A stretch of 64,000 nt of DNA from an uncultured Clostridia bacterium (GCA_947165945.1 CAMVCF010000001.1:957-64956), one strand, 5' to 3'; shown: positions 19,284 through 28,349, numbered from the stretch's first letter. Numbers and translations: made by a program. The notes: generated from the letters alone by a model not told the origin.

Positions 19284-20679
19284 GAGTCTGTAAATAAATT
19301 TGTGTAAATTAAAAATCTTTCCATGATAAAATAAAAGAAATGGAGAGGTTTTTATTATGGAAAAAAATAATCAAGGAAAAGAAATATTAAAATTATTACA
19401 AGAAAATTATAATATTGAAAGTGCACAAGACTTATCAAGTGCTCTAAAAGATATGTTTAAAGGAGCCTTACAAGAAATGATGAATGCAGAATTTGATTCG
19501 TCAATGGGATACTCAAAATATGATAAAAAAACAGAAAAAAGCAATTATAGAAACGGAACAACTAAAAAGAAATTAAAAAGTGAATTTGGAGAATTTGACT
19601 TTGAAACACCAAGAGATAGAAATGGAGAATTTGAACCAAAGATAGTCCCTAAAAATACAAGAGATGTGTCTGGAATTGAAGATAAAATTATTTCACTTTA
19701 TGGAAGAGGATTAACAACAAGAGAAATAAATGAACAAATACAAGATTTATATGGTATAGAAGTATCAGCAACAATGGTAAGCAATATAACAGATCAAATT
19801 ATACCAGAAATAAAAGAATGGCAAGAAAGGCCGTTGGATGATGTATATCCATTTGTATTTATAGATGCAGTTCATTTCAGTGTAAGAGAAGATAATAGAG
19901 TTGTAAAAAAGGCAGCTTACATTGTATTAGGAATTAATTCAAGTGGATTTAAAGAAATATTAGGAATTTGGATTGGAGAAAATGAATCAGCTAAATATTG
20001 GTTAGGAGTTTTAAATGAATTAAAACAAAGAGGTGTAAAAGATATATTAATAATTTGTAGTGATAATTTAACTGGTATAAAAGATGCTATTTCAACAGCG
20101 TTTCCAAATACTATTCAACAAAGATGTATTGTTCATATGATAAGAAATTCAGTTAAATATGTTAATTATAAAGATTTAAAAGAATTTACAAAAGATTTAA
20201 GATTAATATATACATCAACAAATGAAAAAAAAGCATTTGAAAAATTACAAGAAATAAAAAATAAATGGAAAGATAAATATTTAACATCATTTAGAACATG
20301 GGAAGAAAATTGGGATGCAATTTGTCCATTCTTTCAATTTTCAGATTATATTAGAAAAATTATGTATACTACTAATACAATTGAATCTTTAAATAGACAA
20401 TTTAGAAAATATACTAAAACCAAATCTGTATTTCCAACTGATATGTCTTTACTGAAGTGTTTATATTTATCTACTAAAAATATATCTAAAAAATGGGATC
20501 AATCATATAGAAATTGGGGAACTATTTTATCTGAATTATCTATTATGTTTGATGGTAGAATTTAGGTCTTTGACAATTTAAATTTATATGTTATTATTTA
20601 TATAACAAAAAGAAGCAAGTTACAAAACTTACTTCTAATCATGGATAGATACCATTTACACAGAATTTTTTACACACTC
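19284..20679 (+). mobile_element. IS256-family insertion sequence (1396 bp) with about 40-bp imperfect terminal inverted repeats
   Basis: Left end GAGTCTGTAAATAAATTTGTGTAAAT...CCATGAT and reverse complement of the right end GAGTGTGTAAAAAATTCTGTGTAAAT...CCATGAT. Single transposase ORF. Flanked by an 8-bp direct repeat. Confidence 0.85.
19357..20565 (+). CDS. IS256-family (mutator-type) transposase
   Basis: 402 aa with DDVYPFVFIDAVHFSVRED...LIICSDNLTGI...MYTTNTIESLNRQFRK, matching Transposase_mut DDE motifs. Confidence 0.92.
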   Translation: MEKNNQGKEILKLLQENYNIESAQDLSSALKDMFKGALQEMMNAEFDSSMGYSKYDKKTEKSNYRNGTTKKKLKSEFGEFDFETPRDRNGEFEPKIVPKNTRDVSGIEDKIISLYGRGLTTREINEQIQDLYGIEVSATMVSNITDQIIPEIKEWQERPLDDVYPFVFIDAVHFSVREDNRVVKKAAYIVLGINSSGFKEILGIWIGENESAKYWLGVLNELKQRGVKDILIICSDNLTGIKDAISTAFPNTIQQRCIVHMIRNSVKYVNYKDLKEFTKDLRLIYTSTNEKKAFEKLQEIKNKWKDKYLTSFRTWEENWDAICPFFQFSDYIRKIMYTTNTIESLNRQFRKYTKTKSVFPTDMSLLKCLYLSTKNISKKWDQSYRNWGTILSELSIMFDGRI

Positions 20680-20687
20680 TAAAAAGT
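20680..20687. repeat. Right target-site duplication TAAAAAGT
   Basis: See the left duplication at 19276-19283. Confidence 0.7.
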
Positions 20688-20689
20688 AG

Positions 20690-20980
20690 CTATCTACTTT
20701 TTTTTAATTCTTCTTGAATATTATTAACTTCTTTTTCTAAAACCTTGATCATTTTTTCAAGCATTTCAATAGTACTTGAATCATCATATAAATTTTTAGA
20801 AGTATCTTCATCATTCTTTTCTTCTTCAAGAGCACTATAATAAGCACTTGTTGAAACGAACTGACCAACCAACATCAACCAATTTCCAAGTGTATTTTGC
20901 TCTGTACTATTAAGATCGCTTATTAATAAATATCCAACTGCAACTGCACTTAAAGAAAAGAGTCTTGATGTATGCTTCAT
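20690..20980 (-). CDS. Small hypothetical protein with hydrophobic N-terminus and coiled-coil C-terminus
   Basis: 96-aa ORF. Its stop lies 2 bp from the right IS target duplication. Confidence 0.4.
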   Translation of the reverse strand: MKHTSRLFSLSAVAVGYLLISDLNSTEQNTLGNWLMLVGQFVSTSAYYSALEEEKNDEDTSKNLYDDSSTIEMLEKMIKVLEKEVNNIQEELKKSR

Positions 20981-21061
20981 AAAATCATCTAAATTATTAT
21001 ATTCATATATAAACTCTTTGACTTGAATATATTTTTTTAATATAATCTAGTTGGTGATATT

Positions 21062-21634
21062 ATGTTATTTGCAAGTTCAAATGATGGGAAAATAAAAGAA
21101 GTAAAAGAAATATTAAAAATAAATATAAAGTCTTTAAAAGATTTAAATATAAAAATAGAAATTAAAGAAACAGGAAAAACTTTCCTCGAAAATGCTATTT
21201 TAAAAGCCAAAGAAGTTTACAAAAAAACTGGTATTCCAACACTTTCAGATGATAGTGGTTTAGAAATTGAAGCATTAAATGGATTCCCAGGAATTAATAC
21301 ACATCGTTTTTTAGAAGGAACTGATAGCATTAGAAATCAAGAAATTCTAAGGAGAATGAAGAAAATAGAAAATAGAACCTGTTATTTTACATGTGCTATC
21401 GCCTATTTTGACGGAATAAACTTAATTACCAAAGAATATAAATTAAAAGGAATAATAGCTTGTGAAGAAAAAATAAACAATGGTTTTGGTTTTGATTCAA
21501 TCTTTTTATACAATGGGAAATATTTATCAGATATGACTATTCAAGAAAAAAACAATATTAATCCTCGAAAATTTGCTCTTGAAAATTTAAAACTTGACAA
21601 AAATTTTAAAAAAAATATTGATTTCCATAATTAA
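21062..21634 (+). CDS. rdgB: Non-canonical purine NTP pyrophosphatase (RdgB/HAM1 family)
   Basis: SSNDGKIKEV...SDDSGLEIEALNGFPGINTHRF. Confidence 0.85.
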   Translation: MLFASSNDGKIKEVKEILKINIKSLKDLNIKIEIKETGKTFLENAILKAKEVYKKTGIPTLSDDSGLEIEALNGFPGINTHRFLEGTDSIRNQEILRRMKKIENRTCYFTCAIAYFDGINLITKEYKLKGIIACEEKINNGFGFDSIFLYNGKYLSDMTIQEKNNINPRKFALENLKLDKNFKKNIDFHN

Positions 21635-21665
21635 TTATGCTATTATAATTCAGTAAATTGTTGTT

Positions 21666-21742
21666 GGACCTTTAGCTCAGTTGGTTAGAGCAATCGGCTC
21701 ATAACCGATCGGTCATAGGTTCGAGTCCTATAAGGTCCACCA
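21666..21742 (+). tRNA. tRNA with CAT anticodon (Met elongator or lysidine-Ile2 type)
   Basis: GGACCTTTAGCTCAGTTGGTTAGAGCA..anticodon loop CTCATAA..T-loop GGTTCGAGTCC..AAGGTCCACCA. Confidence 0.8.
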
Positions 21743-21751
21743 AGTTTATAA

Positions 21752-21834
21752 GCGGGTATGGCGGAACTGGCAGACGCGCTAGTCTTAGGAACTAGTTCTT
21801 CGGAGTGCAGGTTCGATTCCTGTTACCCGCACCA
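21752..21834 (+). tRNA. tRNA-Leu (anticodon UAG), long variable arm
   Basis: GCGGGTATGGCGGAACTGGCAGACGC..anticodon loop CTTAGGA..variable arm TTCTTCGGAGTGC..GGTTCGATTCC..TACCCGCACCA. Confidence 0.8.
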
Positions 21835-21845
21835 ATGTTGAATTA

Positions 21846-21871
21846 TTCGAACTTTAATAAGTTCGATTTTT
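21846..21871 (+). terminator. Terminator after the tRNA pair
   Basis: ttcgaac-tttaataa-gttcga hairpin followed by T5. Confidence 0.5.
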
Positions 21872-21892
21872 AATTGTAAAATTTATTCACGA

Positions 21893-22036
21893 TAAAATAC
21901 ATGGTATATTTGGTGATAAAGACGATAAATATAAAGAAATGGCTGATAATTTATTTATAAACGGAATTATGGATGAAAAAGAATATACTAGTGTTATTAA
22001 TAAAAAAGAAAAGAATCGTGACGATTTAGAGAGATA
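21893..22036 (+). pseudogene. Start-less gene remnant (C-terminal 48 codons) immediately downstream of tRNA-Leu
   Basis: The open frame reads DKIHGIFGDKDDKYKEMADNLFINGIMDEKEYTSVINKKEKNRDDLER* with an upstream in-frame TAA and no start or RBS. Confidence 0.3.
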
Positions 22037-22108
22037 GAAAAAGAAAATTAATCAAAAAAATGATAAAAAGATAAATAATTATGTTATAATATATTCAGGA
22101 GGTATTTT

Positions 22109-22483
22109 ATGGAAAATCAAGAAATGCAAAGAGATTTCGATTTAGGAGCAGTATTAAATATAACAACTAGTCATTTATTTACTAGTATGGATGATATATA
22201 TGAAGTTTTAAATTATTTAACTGGAGATAGTATTTATACACACCAAATTCCAAGAGTTATGGATGCTGCAAAACCTTATGTTTTATCGTTGCACCCAGAA
22301 TTAAAAGGTGTTGGTGATGATGTAGAAATTCATAGTTTTGAAGATGCAAAAGCTTTTGTAGATGAACAAAAGAAAGTATTTGGCGACAAACTACCTTTAA
22401 AACCAATGTCAAAAACCGATGGTTATTCTTATGTTGATCCAATTGAAGAAGCAGTTGAAATGACATCTGGAAGAACTAGATAA
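22109..22483 (+). CDS. Hypothetical protein (124 aa), locally GC-richer than surroundings
   Basis: Good RBS AGGAGG. Acidic protein with no known motif. First gene of the post-tRNA island. Confidence 0.45.
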   Translation: MENQEMQRDFDLGAVLNITTSHLFTSMDDIYEVLNYLTGDSIYTHQIPRVMDAAKPYVLSLHPELKGVGDDVEIHSFEDAKAFVDEQKKVFGDKLPLKPMSKTDGYSYVDPIEEAVEMTSGRTR

Positions 22484-22495
22484 AATTTTTAGATT

Positions 22496-22530
22496 AAAAA
22501 GTAGCATGAAGTTATTGCTACTTTTTCTAT
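22496..22530 (+). terminator. Rho-independent terminator
   Basis: aaaaagtagca-tgaagttat-tgctacttttt. Confidence 0.6.
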
Positions 22531-22625
22531 TGTTTGGTAAAATGAATATAGTGATTGATATAAATCAGTCGTCTTTATGCGAAAGAGTTGTAAACCACTT
22601 CGTCGTTCGCACCAAAGGTGCGTGT

Positions 22626-22659
22626 AACGGTAGTTCATTATGAACTGCTGTTTTTTTTA
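22626..22659 (+). terminator. Second terminator-like hairpin plus T8, closing a roughly 100-nt GC-richer orphan segment
   Basis: tagttc-attat-gaactg stem then gctgTTTTTTTT. Upstream CGCACC-aaa-GGTGCG hairpin. Confidence 0.4.
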
Positions 22660-22834
22660 TAAATTTTCACTTTTAAATCAATATAACCATTATTTATGGT
22701 CCTACATATACAATTATTATGGATTAACCTAATTTAAATTCAATATTTGATATTAATTTTGTAATTAAATCACAAAATTATTGATTTGTATTATCATTTT
22801 AAATACGTTATCATCTAACTCAAGAGGCAAATTT

Positions 22835-23584
22835 ATGAATAATAATATTGAAAAATTAAAAGAAAAATTTAAAATTATTAAAGAGAAAGGCTGGATTAAA
22901 AGTATTTCAAATAGTACTGGAAGTGTTGGTACAACATTTGAACATTTATTAGGTAATAAAGAAAATTGTTCTACTTTACCCGATTATTATGATATTGAAT
23001 TAAAATGTTCGACTAATACCTCTTCAAGTCCTATAACTCTCTTTTCAACAACTTTCGATGGACCGACTCCTTATGAATTACTGAGACTTGCTAATACATA
23101 TGGATACCCAGATAAAATATTTAATAGTCAAAATATTATATATGCGTCTTTAAGCTGTAACAAATGTTATATAGTAAATAATCAATATTATTTTAAATTG
23201 GAAATAGATAAATTTAATCAAAAACTTTATTTAGTTATTATGAATATAAATTATAAAATATTAGAAAAAAAATGCTATATTACTTTTGATACATTAAAAA
23301 AACATCTATATACAAAATTTAAATATCTTGCAATAATAAATGCTTTTAAAAAGTATATAAATGGAGAAAAATATTTTAAGTATTATAATTTATTATTATA
23401 CCAATTAAAAGACTTGAATACATTCATAAACTTAATTGAAAAAAATATCATAAAAGTTAATATGATTTTAAGAATAAATAAAAGTAAACTACATTATGGA
23501 AAACCAAGTTATAAAAATTTGGTTCGTAATTTGTTAGTTATTATATTATTAGCCTATTATAAATTTCTAACATCTTTTATTTGA
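22835..23584 (+). CDS. MutH/Sau3AI/MvaI-BcnI-family endonuclease-like protein
   Basis: N-terminal KGWIKSISNSTGSVGTTFEHLLGNKENCSTLPDYYDIELKCST...TTF parallels the MutH core KGWxGQxIExxLG...PDF..GxELKT...TTF, with D/E/K catalytic positions retained. Start taken at MNNNIEKL; the ORF track begins at 22781. Confidence 0.45.
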   Translation: MNNNIEKLKEKFKIIKEKGWIKSISNSTGSVGTTFEHLLGNKENCSTLPDYYDIELKCSTNTSSSPITLFSTTFDGPTPYELLRLANTYGYPDKIFNSQNIIYASLSCNKCYIVNNQYYFKLEIDKFNQKLYLVIMNINYKILEKKCYITFDTLKKHLYTKFKYLAIINAFKKYINGEKYFKYYNLLLYQLKDLNTFINLIEKNIIKVNMILRINKSKLHYGKPSYKNLVRNLLVIILLAYYKFLTSFI

Positions 23585-24345
23585 TCTTTTTTAGCAATAA
23601 TATTATCAGTTTCAATTAAATATGTCATCATTAAAAAAGTATCATCATAATATTTTTTTAATGTAATATTAGAAAGATTTTTATATTTTTTATCAATTTT
23701 ACCTACTACTCCCATTTTATTGACAACAAATTTAATTGTATTAAAAACAGATGGATTATAAGACTTATATTTTTCATAATCTAAACATAAAAAATCATAT
23801 ATCTTATTTAGTATAATCCTTTTCATATTAATACCATTATTATTAATACTAGTATAAGAAAGTAATAATTCATAAATATCATTAGGAACTAATTCTCTTA
23901 ACTCTTCATAATTAATATTTTTACTAGAAATAACTATCTTATCATCTAAATAGAATGGCTCAAGAGAAAAACTTTCTAATATTAAAGGAATATTATGAAA
24001 AATAATACTTTGGCATAAAGTAGATAATTTTGTTTTATCATAATAATATTTTATACTTTCCATTAAATATTCCATATTAAGAATAAATTCCAAAAAATTA
24101 ATAAAAGATGTTTTAGTTCTTTTTTTACTATTTAGATTAACTCCAATAAATTCTAAATATGAATAACAATCTAAAAAAGTATCACGATATTTCCAATTAT
24201 TAAATAAATATGTATTAACATAATCAAAATAAGTATAATCTTTTTTATTAAAATTAATACATTTAGTATTTAAAACATTAATTATTTTATTATATTCATC
24301 TTTATAAGACTTTTTATTATTTAAATTAAAAATAGGAGTTCTCAT
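23557..24345 (-). CDS. Hypothetical protein (262 aa)
   Basis: No recognisable motif. Converges on and overlaps the 3' end of the nuclease-like ORF by 28 bp. Confidence 0.4.
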   Translation of the reverse strand: MRTPIFNLNNKKSYKDEYNKIINVLNTKCINFNKKDYTYFDYVNTYLFNNWKYRDTFLDCYSYLEFIGVNLNSKKRTKTSFINFLEFILNMEYLMESIKYYYDKTKLSTLCQSIIFHNIPLILESFSLEPFYLDDKIVISSKNINYEELRELVPNDIYELLLSYTSINNNGINMKRIILNKIYDFLCLDYEKYKSYNPSVFNTIKFVVNKMGVVGKIDKKYKNLSNITLKKYYDDTFLMMTYLIETDNIIAKKDQIKDVRNL

Positions 24346-24488
24346 ATCATCACCTGTATATATTCTAAATTCTATTGTAGTAATAGATAATTCTATATTT
24401 ATTATATAATATATTATTAATTTTTAATAGCAGAAATTTATATATTTTACACTATTTATAATATACTTTAAGGTTTATAAATATCTTA

Positions 24489-24515
24489 TTTTATTTACTA
24501 AATTAAATATATTTA
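24489..24515. promoter_or_regulatory. Perfect 10-bp inverted repeat (TTTACTAAAT-N7-ATTTAGTAAA), a candidate operator in a divergent promoter region
   Basis: Located about 40 bp upstream of the -10/RBS of the 24566 gene. Confidence 0.35.
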
Positions 24516-24565
24516 GTAAAACTTAAAAATATATGATATAATACCTACTAATTGGAGGTGGTATA

Positions 24566-25612
24566 ATGTTTAAAATTGATGATATAAAAAGCTATACATC
24601 AGAAAAGATAAATCTTTCAAATGAAGATTCTAATGTTTTAAAAAATAAAATACTAGAAATAATTGAATCAGATAGTATTAATATAAAACAAGAAAATGTA
24701 TTAGAAGAAGTAAAAAGAATTATTCAATCTATTCCTAAAAGTATTACAACAAAAGAAAAAGTTCGTTTAGTTTATATTACTTTAGGTAAATTATTTAGTT
24801 ATGATTATCGAGTTGCATATGATATGAAATATGCCTATGAAGAGGCAGCTTTTTCTGATACTTTTATTGGAAAATATCAAACATGTATTCAAATATCTGA
24901 AATTTTAAGTTTAGTTTTAAATTCTTTTGATGGTATTGAAGCAAATGTAATTAATAGAAGTCTTGAAAATATAAGAGGTTCATATGGAGATGGACATCAA
25001 GCAGTTGAAGCTAAAGTTAAAATAGATGATAATAATTATGAAACTTATTTATTAGATTTAACACTTGACTTGTACCTAATTCAATCAGGTTGTAGAACAA
25101 AACATTTTGCATTTGAAAGTGGTACTTTTGGAGAATATGATATTATTCCTCAAATAGAAACCGAAGAAATGGATCAAAAATTAAATCTTATTAAATCTAA
25201 TTACACTGATATAAAAATTAAAAGTATAAAAGAATATTTGAAAAAAATTGATTTAACTAATCAAAAAGAACAAGATAAACTTCAATTAAAACTTATTGTT
25301 ATTGATTCTTTTTTAAATCCTTTTAATGGTTATCATGAAGGAAAACAATTTTTAAATTTCTTATTTAAAGAATTATTAGATGAAAATTATAAAGAATTTA
25401 ATATTTATTTCTTAAAAGAAGAAAGTGAAATAAAACTTAGAACATTTTATAAAATAGAACTTAGTGATGATACAAAATGGATTTTTTATAGTAATAATTT
25501 AGGTCTTATTTCCGTTTCAGAAAATATTATAAAAGATCTTCTTGAAAATGGCTGGGAAACAAGAAGTTTAAACTTAGAACAAGAATTGTTTGATATAGAA
25601 AAGAAGAAATGA
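24566..25612 (+). CDS. Hypothetical protein (348 aa) with a possible Cys-His-Asp papain/transglutaminase-like arrangement
   Basis: KYQTCIQISEIL ... GDGHQAVEAKV ... YLLDLTLDLY has spacing reminiscent of a transglutaminase-like core. Low confidence. Confidence 0.35.
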   Translation: MFKIDDIKSYTSEKINLSNEDSNVLKNKILEIIESDSINIKQENVLEEVKRIIQSIPKSITTKEKVRLVYITLGKLFSYDYRVAYDMKYAYEEAAFSDTFIGKYQTCIQISEILSLVLNSFDGIEANVINRSLENIRGSYGDGHQAVEAKVKIDDNNYETYLLDLTLDLYLIQSGCRTKHFAFESGTFGEYDIIPQIETEEMDQKLNLIKSNYTDIKIKSIKEYLKKIDLTNQKEQDKLQLKLIVIDSFLNPFNGYHEGKQFLNFLFKELLDENYKEFNIYFLKEESEIKLRTFYKIELSDDTKWIFYSNNLGLISVSENIIKDLLENGWETRSLNLEQELFDIEKKK

Positions 25613-25628
25613 AAAATCATTTCTTCTT

Positions 25629-26747
25629 TTAAGCTTCTTTATATTCAGTTAAAGTTATTTTAGTTGTATTTTCTTTTCCATCACGAAGATAGGTAACAGT
25701 TATAGTATCTCCAGCATCGTATTTATAAAGCTCATATCTTAAATAAGCAACGTTTAAAATTTTATTATCATTTAATTTAGTTATAACATCGCCCTTTTTT
25801 AAATTTGATTTTGAAGCACCTGAATCTTTTGATATTTCAACAACTACTACTCCATCAGTTATATCTTGATCTAACATGATTCCACTTCTATATAAAGAAT
25901 ATGTATCAGTTGCATTGATCATACTAATTCCAAGCATAGGTCGAACAATTGCTTTACCAGTTTCTAAATTTTCGATATGACTCATAGCATATTCAATAGG
26001 AATTGCAAATCCCATACTTTCAACTTCTGTTTGAACAAGTTTCAAAGAAATAATACCAATTACTTCACCTTTAGCATTTAATAAAGGTCCACCAGAATTA
26101 CCAGGATTAACTGCTGCATTAGTTTGTAATACTTTCATGACGTAATCATTTGTATTTCCAGATATACTTACAGTTACCATTCTATCTTTTCCAGAAAGAA
26201 TACCATCAGTTACAGTTCCTCTATACTCATATCCAAGTGGTGAACCAATTGTAAAGACAGTATCACCTACTTTTGATTCTTCACTAGTTCCAATAACTGC
26301 TACATCAATAACATCACTTTTATTAATTCTTACAACTGCTAAGTCTAAGTATTCATCACTTCCTAAAACAGTTCCTTCAATTTCTTGATCATCACTTCTA
26401 ATTAAAGTTATTTTAGTAGCATCACTTATTACATGATGATTAGTTAATACGTATCCATATTTATCGTCTGTTTTATAAACAAATCCTGATCCAGTTGATT
26501 GAATTTGATCTCCCTTATAATTTCTTATCATAAGAACTGCATCATATACTTTTTCAACACTTGCAGATAAAGATCCATCATTTACTATAACAGTTTCACT
26601 ACAAGAGCGGCAAGTATTATTATTACTTAGATTAAGACTACTACCATCTAAAGTACTATTAACAGTTATATAATACATTAATAGTCCTCCAAGCATAAAA
26701 GCAACAAATAAATAAATAACTAAATTAATTCTATCTTTCCCTTTCAT
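25629..26747 (-). CDS. htrA: HtrA/DegP-family trypsin-like serine protease with N-terminal TM and C-terminal PDZ
   Basis: GTGSGFVYK, HVISDA and GNSGGPLLN give the catalytic triad context; PDZ-like tail. Confidence 0.85.
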   Translation of the reverse strand: MKGKDRINLVIYLFVAFMLGGLLMYYITVNSTLDGSSLNLSNNNTCRSCSETVIVNDGSLSASVEKVYDAVLMIRNYKGDQIQSTGSGFVYKTDDKYGYVLTNHHVISDATKITLIRSDDQEIEGTVLGSDEYLDLAVVRINKSDVIDVAVIGTSEESKVGDTVFTIGSPLGYEYRGTVTDGILSGKDRMVTVSISGNTNDYVMKVLQTNAAVNPGNSGGPLLNAKGEVIGIISLKLVQTEVESMGFAIPIEYAMSHIENLETGKAIVRPMLGISMINATDTYSLYRSGIMLDQDITDGVVVVEISKDSGASKSNLKKGDVITKLNDNKILNVAYLRYELYKYDAGDTITVTYLRDGKENTTKITLTEYKEA

Positions 26748-27684
26748 CTAAATCACCTCTTATATTTTTTAATTCATAATAATTCTTTGGAAATCCCATT
26801 CCATCTAAAACTTTATCTATTTTAATACTATGTAAATTTAATTCTAAATTATCTAAATTATGTTTTATTTCTTCAATTAAATTAGAAAATTCATCAAAAC
26901 TTAACATCTGTTTTAAAATAATTATTAAAGCAAATACATCTTTTTTACCATATATATATTCATCATCCATAATTGGAATATTCAAAAGTCTATGATAATT
27001 ATTATCATTTATTTGTCTTTGAGTTTTATTAGAGAATAAAATATCTTCATGAGCGCATAAATTTCTATAATTTGATAATATAGTTAAATAATTTGATAAA
27101 GTATCTATATCTAAATTATATAAATTAGCTATGCTCATTTGATCTTCTTTTTTTAAAATCGAATAAAGTTCTCCTACTATTCCAAATGATAAAACTTTTA
27201 CTAAAACCCATAAAGGAATATATCCATAATTATTAACATAATGACTTGTTGCTGAATGCTGAGTTGCATTTAAATTTATCTGCCTTTTCATTTTTTTTAA
27301 TATATCTAGTACTTGTTTTGTTTTTTCTTTATTGGTTGTAAAATTTTTAGGAACTAAATAATCTTTTTCTCTATATCCATATTTTAAAGATAATTGATAA
27401 CTAATAATCGATTTAATATTATTTTCAACAATTAATATATTTTTAAATAATATATTTCTAAATGTTCTATCAAATAAAAATAAACTATAAAGTTCCTCAA
27501 AAGTAGTTCCTTCTATATATCTTCTATCAACATTACTTCTTAGGAATAAATGTCTATATCCATTTAGAAAAAAATAATTTTCACGAAATAGTACTTCTTT
27601 AGCATATTCTGGATTATTTACTATTAACCCCTTACTTTTAAAAATTTCTACTTGCTCATTTAGGGTTTTAAATTCCTTTTTCAT
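26731..27684 (-). CDS. Abi_2 (AbiD/AbiF-like) abortive-infection family protein
   Basis: MKKEFKTLNEQVEIFKSKGLIV start is typical of AbiD. WVLVKVLSFGIVGELYS...LSNYRNLCAHEDILFS. Its 3' end overlaps the htrA start by 17 nt. Confidence 0.7.
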   Translation of the reverse strand: MKKEFKTLNEQVEIFKSKGLIVNNPEYAKEVLFRENYFFLNGYRHLFLRSNVDRRYIEGTTFEELYSLFLFDRTFRNILFKNILIVENNIKSIISYQLSLKYGYREKDYLVPKNFTTNKEKTKQVLDILKKMKRQINLNATQHSATSHYVNNYGYIPLWVLVKVLSFGIVGELYSILKKEDQMSIANLYNLDIDTLSNYLTILSNYRNLCAHEDILFSNKTQRQINDNNYHRLLNIPIMDDEYIYGKKDVFALIIILKQMLSFDEFSNLIEEIKHNLDNLELNLHSIKIDKVLDGMGFPKNYYELKNIRGDLDERER

Positions 27685-27853
27685 TCTTTCCTCTCCTACC
27701 TTCATAAGTATATCACAAAATTAATAAAAAAATATGTTTTTTTAGTGAAATTTTTCTATATTTTTAAAGAATAATAATTTATATAGAAGATATTCTTATA
27801 AATATTATATTTTAAAATATGACATCATTTTACGATAATCAATAAATTTATAT

Positions 27854-27885
27854 TGACAAACATAAAATTTGTGATATATTATTAA
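27854..27885 (+). promoter_or_regulatory. Sigma-A-like promoter for the DUF2975/HTH/membrane operon
   Basis: TTGACA, a 17-18 bp spacer, then TATATT upstream of RBS GAGGTGA. Confidence 0.4.
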
Positions 27886-27899
27886 CTTGAGGTGAAAAT

Positions 27900-28349
27900 A
27901 TGCCCAAAAATAAATTATCAAGAGTTATATCTATTTTACTAAAAATAATACTTGTTAGTGGAATTATTCTAATTCCTTTTATACCAATGATATTTAATTT
28001 AATTGGAGCTGAAAATTTAAAATCTTTTAACAATCAAACACCAATTTATCAAATTACTTTATTTATTTGCTATTTTATTAGTTTAGGAATTATATTTGTA
28101 CTTACTCGAATGTTTGATCAACTTTATAAAGATCCATTTACAAGTTTTACAGAAAAGTCTTTAAAAATAATTGCTTTTTTATTCATGACTTTATCAATTA
28201 TAATATTCATAAAAATATTTTTTATTACAACTATAATATCGATTGCTATTTGTATAATCACATTTATTGTTAGTCTTTGTTTTTATACATTAAGTGAAAT
28301 ATTTAAAGTAGCTACTAGTAATAAAAAGGAGTTGGATTATACAATATGA
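27900..28349 (+). CDS. DUF2975-like small polytopic membrane protein
   Basis: 4-TM 149-aa protein immediately upstream of, and overlapping (ATGA), a YozG-like HTH gene. Classic pairing. Confidence 0.5.
   Translation: MPKNKLSRVISILLKIILVSGIILIPFIPMIFNLIGAENLKSFNNQTPIYQITLFICYFISLGIIFVLTRMFDQLYKDPFTSFTEKSLKIIAFLFMTLSIIIFIKIFFITTIISIAICIITFIVSLCFYTLSEIFKVATSNKKELDYTI

Noticed and set aside
22257-22466. 69-aa minus-strand ORF
   Set aside because: Antisense within the 124-aa + strand ORF, which has a strong RBS; His/Gln-rich low-complexity translation.
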